A stretch of DNA of 34,372 nt from Anaerolineae bacterium. GTDB taxonomy: Bacteria; Chloroflexota; Anaerolineae; UBA4142. Below the pieces are notes generated by a model. That model was not told the DNA's origin. It ran no database searches and worked only from the letters and a program-made list of their open reading frames with translations. Where the stretch lies: contig JAOACU010000001.1 in assembly GCA_026417715.1 (NCBI GenBank), positions 1-34,372 of the forward strand. Reading direction: 5' to 3'. A program made the position numbers and the translations under genes. Numbering within the stretch: position 1 is the first letter of the stretch; the number at the start of each line of letters is the position of its first letter. Positions 30,478 through 34,372 of this stretch are shown piece after piece.

Positions 30478-32262
30478 TAATTGCTGGTGGTAAATCTCCG
30501 CGTACAACCCGGACGTGCGGAGGAGTTCGTCGTGGGTGCCGCGCGCGGCGATGCGTCCCTTTTCCAACACCAAAATCAAATCTGCCATTCGCAATGTCGC
30601 GAGTCGCTGGGCGATGACGAACGACGTACGCCCGCGCATCAATTGCTCCAGCGCGAGTTGAATCAGTCGTTCGGTTTCCGTGTCCACGCTCGATGTTGCG
30701 TCGTCGAGAATCAAAATGCGCGGGTTCTTGAGCAGGGCGCGCGCAATCGCGATGCGCTGGCGTTGTCCGCCCGACAGCGTGATGCCGCGTTCGCCGACGA
30801 GCGTGTCGTAGCCGTGCGGTGTTTGCATAATGAAATCGTGCGCTTGTGCCGCGCGCGCGGCGGCGATGATTTCGTCTTCACTCGCGTCAGGACGACCAAA
30901 GGCAATGTTCTCGCGAATCGTCGTCGCAAAGAGCATCGTCTCTTGCAAAACGATACCGATTTGATCGCGCAATGAGTTGAGTGTGACACGCCGAATGTCG
31001 TACCCGTCAATCGTGATGCGTCCCAAAGTCACGTCGTAGAAACGCGGAATCAGGTTGATGATGGTGGACTTGCCCGAGCCCGTCATTCCCAACAATGCGA
31101 CGACTTGACCGGGTTTTGCCTCGAACGTGATGTTGTCCAAAACGCGGTGGCGTCCAAAGTAGGCAAACGAGACGTTCTCGAATCGCACGTGCCCTTGAAT
31201 CGGCGGCAAGGGCATCGCGTCGGGCGCGTCGCGCACTTCGGATTCGGCGTCGAGGATTTCAAAGATGCGTGTGCCTGCTGCCGAGGCGATCGCCAGCGCA
31301 GGTACGATTTGTCCCAAGCGGCGCACGGGTTGCGCCAACTGCGCGAGGTACGTCGTGAACGACACGAGTTCGCCGAGTGTGAGTTGTTGTTGCATTACCA
31401 GCCAGCCGCCATACCAAACGATGACGACGGTGCTCAGGTTCGCGATAAAGTTGATGAGTGGTTCGTTGAGCGCTTGCACGCGCGCGGCGCGCATCGAAAG
31501 ATCGAACCAGCGCGCGTTCTCGCGTTCAAAGCGCGCGATCTCGGCATCTTCTTGCGCAAACGCTTTGACGACGCGCGCGCCACGCAAGTTTTGTTCCAGT
31601 CGCGTCGTCAGCACAGCGAGTTGTTGTTGCACGGCAAGCGACAGCGGACGCAAGTACCGCGCCATATGAAACGCGCGATGCGCAAGAAATGGTAGTGTTG
31701 CCAGCGCAAGGAGCGCAAGCGACGGATTCATCCAAACGAGCATCACCGCGCTACCGATCATCAAGACGATGCCATCGGTTAGGCGCAAGAACGCGCGTCC
31801 CGTGACGAATCGGACACGATCCACGTCTTGAATCGCGCGCGACAAGATTTGTCCTGTCTCGGTCCGATCGTGGTACGAAAAAGAAAGTGTTGCAAGTTTG
31901 TGATAAATCGCGTTCCGCAAATCGTACGCGACGTTTTGCGATGCCTGTTCCGACCAACGTCCTTCAAAGAATCGTAGGATACCTTTGAGGAGGGTGAGTC
32001 CCAAGAGCGCAAGAACCGAGGTGAGAAGTAACTGTGTGTCCTTGTCGCCGATGCCGTGATCTACAATCCAGCGGATGAATTGTGGGATGGTGAGCGCGAG
32101 CGCGTTGATGCCGACGAGCGCGAGATACGCGCCCAGGGTCATTTTCCAGTACGGGCGTAAGTAGCCCGCGCAACGCCACAGCACGCGCAGTGAGTTGGGT
32201 GTGGGAAGCGGCGCAGGCGCCGGCGTCGCGCGTGCGCGCGTCATTGGAATTGAGTTTTGCAT
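30427..32262 (-). CDS. ABC exporter, fused permease/ATPase (partner half transporter)
   Basis: A TMD is followed by an NBD with GMTGSGKST, LSGGQRQR and ILILDDATSSVD. The A-loop region VSFAYFGRHRVLDN is uninterrupted. The last ~15 codons (KDEGRITQSPNHPIT) are encoded by the repeat array. Confidence 0.9.
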   Translation of the reverse strand: MQNSIPMTRARATPAPAPLPTPNSLRVLWRCAGYLRPYWKMTLGAYLALVGINALALTIPQFIRWIVDHGIGDKDTQLLLTSVLALLGLTLLKGILRFFEGRWSEQASQNVAYDLRNAIYHKLATLSFSYHDRTETGQILSRAIQDVDRVRFVTGRAFLRLTDGIVLMIGSAVMLVWMNPSLALLALATLPFLAHRAFHMARYLRPLSLAVQQQLAVLTTRLEQNLRGARVVKAFAQEDAEIARFERENARWFDLSMRAARVQALNEPLINFIANLSTVVIVWYGGWLVMQQQLTLGELVSFTTYLAQLAQPVRRLGQIVPALAIASAAGTRIFEILDAESEVRDAPDAMPLPPIQGHVRFENVSFAYFGRHRVLDNITFEAKPGQVVALLGMTGSGKSTIINLIPRFYDVTLGRITIDGYDIRRVTLNSLRDQIGIVLQETMLFATTIRENIAFGRPDASEDEIIAAARAAQAHDFIMQTPHGYDTLVGERGITLSGGQRQRIAIARALLKNPRILILDDATSSVDTETERLIQLALEQLMRGRTSFVIAQRLATLRMADLILVLEKGRIAARGTHDELLRTSGLYAEIYHQQLRKDEGRITQSPNHPIT

Positions 32263-32308
32263 ACGCGTCTAATTTAGCACTAGACGGCAGAGGAAGCAAA
32301 TTTGATAC

Positions 32309-32398
32309 GCTCTTGGGTAGAAAGGGGTTTCTAGACCTCACAGGTCTCGGAGACCTGTGAGGTCTGAACAAGCCATTTACCGTTTTCTACCCAAGAGC
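32309..32398 (+). repeat. MITE/REP-like element, family 1 copy B, with 15-bp perfect terminal inverted repeats
   Basis: The terminal inverted repeats are gctcttgggtagaaa and tttctacccaagagc. The central palindrome is agacctcacaggtctc-g-gagacctgtgaggtct. The core matches 4322-4390. Confidence 0.78.
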
Positions 32399-32464
32399 GA
32401 TTTGATAAAAGGTCACAGCAGCAGAGTGTCACCGACTTAAATCGGGAAGCGATCAAAAATTAGT

Positions 32465-32533
32465 GCCGACAGTGTCATTCTGTTATGCGCCTTGCGCGGT
32501 GCTGAGCGAAGCGGAGGAAGGACTCGGCGTGAC
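32465..32533 (+). repeat. MITE-like repeat, family 2, short copy
   Basis: gccgacagtgtcattctg..gcgc.ttgcgcggtgctgagcgaagcggagg...cggcgtgac aligns with the reverse complement of 16141-16244. Confidence 0.6.
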
Positions 32534-32585
32534 AGACTCAAACGTGTATGACTCGACTTGACAAAGCACTAAAAATACCGAGATT

Positions 32586-32614
32586 TTGCTTCACCAGAGA
32601 TTATGTGCTATACT
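32586..32614 (+). promoter_or_regulatory. candidate sigma-70-type promoter with an extended -10
   Basis: TTGCTT (32586-32591), a 17-nt spacer, then TGc-TATACT (-10 at 32609-32614). AAGGAG and ATG 32652 lie downstream. Confidence 0.5.
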
Positions 32615-32651
32615 ATTAATGCTATAACCCCAACTTAAGGAGAACCATATT

Positions 32652-33422
32652 ATGAAGTTTGTCAAACGAGCGGGTGTTCTGTTAGTGACAACAATACTTG
32701 TCGGGATGACGATTGCTTGTAGCACTAGTACCGTACCGGCACCGACGATGATACCTACTCCTAGTGTCACCGTGCTACCGTCATCACCGGTACCTCCCGC
32801 GCCTGCCTCGGCAACACCTACACCATTGCCTACTGTACTAGCCACCGTCACACGTACAACCACAGCTTTGCCCACACTCACCCTGACACCGACTCTCGTA
32901 GATGCTAAAGTAATGGCGCTTCAGGCATTCGATAACGCGATTGCCAAACTCAAGACCTATCGTGTGGTTATTCCTCAAGAGAGCCGATATATCGCGGTGC
33001 AATTACCCGATCGGTTTCTCCAAGAAGGATTTGATTCGATTCTCAGAATCGGACCAACGATGTGGGTGGCTGGTGTTTATGACATTCGTGAGATGCCAGC
33101 GGTGGACCTACCTTTTTTCAATCATGCGAATATACACTGGTACAAAGCGCGCTTTGCTGAATCTACACAGGTTATTCTGCTTGGTCCTGGAACGGTAGAG
33201 AATGTTCCGTGTGTTGGATACTCGGCGACTTTCAATACCACTGTGATTACGCCTCCCAAAAATCCTAATGAACCCCTTCAGTCCACACAAATACAACAAA
33301 CAATCAAGATTTGGTTTGCGACTACAGACGGATTCCCTAGACGCGCCGAACTAGGACCGCCAATTTCATTGACAGTGAATTTCTACGACCTGAATCTAGA
33401 TTTCACGATTGCTCCGCCGTAA
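32652..33422 (+). CDS. hypothetical lipoprotein with a Pro/Thr-rich linker
   Basis: The signal peptide and lipobox (LVGMTIAC) are followed by a PT-rich low-complexity segment and then a ~170-aa globular region of no family I recognise. By eye the gene is more AT-rich than its neighbours. Confidence 0.72.
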   Translation: MKFVKRAGVLLVTTILVGMTIACSTSTVPAPTMIPTPSVTVLPSSPVPPAPASATPTPLPTVLATVTRTTTALPTLTLTPTLVDAKVMALQAFDNAIAKLKTYRVVIPQESRYIAVQLPDRFLQEGFDSILRIGPTMWVAGVYDIREMPAVDLPFFNHANIHWYKARFAESTQVILLGPGTVENVPCVGYSATFNTTVITPPKNPNEPLQSTQIQQTIKIWFATTDGFPRRAELGPPISLTVNFYDLNLDFTIAPP

Positions 33423-33426
33423 ACGC

Positions 33427-33455
33427 TTGACAGATTGTCTGAAACTGTATATAAT
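33427..33455 (+). promoter_or_regulatory. consensus sigma-70 promoter
   Basis: TTGACA (33427-33432), a 17-nt spacer, then TATAAT (33450-33455). Both hexamers are perfect consensus. The promoter lies about 100 nt upstream of the ATG at 33557. Confidence 0.62.
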
Positions 33456-33556
33456 ATCATCAAGTTGATGTACTGACCGTGCGGGGAATCGGCAGTCAGG
33501 AGTCAACGAGATGTTATGGCCCCAAAGAGGGCACTTACATCCAAGGAGGATGACAA

Positions 33557-34372
33557 ATGAAAAAGTTGTTGTTTGTGTTGTTCGTCGTAGCGATCACAGT
33601 GGCGGCTGTCTCGCCGGCAGCAGCGCAGGGTCCCCGCCCCGTGAATGTAGTCGCCGCCGGTACGCATGAAGATCCGTTCGGTGGTAACCCAATCATTGGT
33701 GGGGTCGGTCTGGAAGGCGTTGCGCGCTTTGCTACCCAGATCCTGCCTGGTGGCGTTCCCAGCACGCGCAGTGGTGATGGCACTGCCCCGCGCAAAGCCA
33801 TCTACATTGCCAGTGTGTGGAATCCTGCGGTTCGTGTGCGCACGGACATTGGTGAAACCCCTGGCACCGCAGTTAGCGAGAATGAAATTCCATCCTGCGC
33901 GACTGTAACCATCCCCGGTGGACAATCCCGCTGGTTCAAGATGGACACCTGGAAGACCAAGAAACTCCAGGTCTGGGTTGACGACGAACTGGATGGTGCC
34001 ACCCGCCCATCGGGCCGCGCAGTCTTTGGTGCCGCATGGAACTATATGTGGGGTAGCCAACCCGGTGATTCGTGGCAAGCCCGTGCTGCCTGGGGTGCCA
34101 ACCCACACAACGAAGCTGAGCGCCATGGGTTCTTTGGCATCATCTACACACCATTGATGATGACACCGCACACCGAGTTCGCTCCACCGAACGCCTATCT
34201 CTACACCGCGACGGCGACTGCTACGGGTGGTGTGTTCCGCATCTTCCAAGCCGGCAACCCACGCGGTTTGTCCGCCCTCACACGCGGTCCTGGCTCCTTC
34301 CACCTGATGGAGTACGTCAGTGCTCAACCTGATCACCTGCTCTGGTACGAAGGTGTTCTGGATGGTTGGGTC
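33557..34372 (+). CDS. secreted hypothetical protein, 3'-truncated by the window end
   Basis: My own translation from ATG 33557 (AAGGAGGA 6 nt upstream) gives MKKLLFVLFVVAITVAAVSPAAAQGPRP.. and stays open for 272 codons to the last base. It is absent from the ORF track because no stop is reached. The tracked 277-aa minus-strand ORF is its antisense shadow. Confidence 0.75.
   Translation, partial: MKKLLFVLFVVAITVAAVSPAAAQGPRPVNVVAAGTHEDPFGGNPIIGGVGLEGVARFATQILPGGVPSTRSGDGTAPRKAIYIASVWNPAVRVRTDIGETPGTAVSENEIPSCATVTIPGGQSRWFKMDTWKTKKLQVWVDDELDGATRPSGRAVFGAAWNYMWGSQPGDSWQARAAWGANPHNEAERHGFFGIIYTPLMMTPHTEFAPPNAYLYTATATATGGVFRIFQAGNPRGLSALTRGPGSFHLMEYVSAQPDHLLWYEGVLDGWV

Noticed and set aside
33503-34336. 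277-aa minus-strand ORF.
   Set aside because: It is the antisense shadow of the plus-strand secreted-protein gene, which has an RBS, a signal peptide and a consensus promoter.

Overview
This is a high-GC bacterial chromosomal window, densely coded, with about 30 protein genes. I recognised no rRNA, tRNA, CRISPR array, transposase or integrase. My guess from gene content and repeat types is a Chloroflexota-like organism, but that is not verifiable here.

Most genes are housekeeping or accessory metabolism:
- a family-5 peptide ABC binding protein
- an M24 Xaa-Pro peptidase, a TPR lipoprotein and rsmD
- a thpR / TIGR00725 / phosphoribosyltransferase run
- a membrane-fused spermidine-synthase-like protein followed by metH and a fused homocysteine-methyltransferase/MTHFR
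- a translationally coupled HAD-IB / ubiX / PNPOx-like trio
- a DUF364 - DUF2085 - duplicated-permease ABC - ATPase - triple-thioredoxin/DsbD-like run
- Mrp/ApbC, ssb, two half-size ABC exporters and two secreted proteins

Findings most worth a second look:
1. A 2-Cys-type peroxiredoxin has an in-frame TGA exactly at the peroxidatic Cys codon (FTFV-TGA-PTE). A GC-rich hairpin with a GGTC loop starts 11 nt downstream, so this is most likely a selenocysteine peroxiredoxin and not a pseudogene.
2. A palindromic repeat element is inserted in frame, and tandemly duplicated, inside the nucleotide-binding domain of one ABC exporter.
3. Locus-specific tandem arrays of degenerate 7-10-mers (STRR-like) occupy many of the intergenic gaps. 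They are often arranged as inverted arrays, and they supply stop codons and even coding N- and C-terminal tails.
4. A NACHT-HEAT STAND NTPase is followed by two translationally coupled small membrane proteins, a candidate defence-like cassette.
5. Two MITE/REP-like repeat families are present.
6. One real ORF runs off the 3' end of the window and is missing from the ORF track.

All family calls rest on reading motifs by eye. No searches were run.
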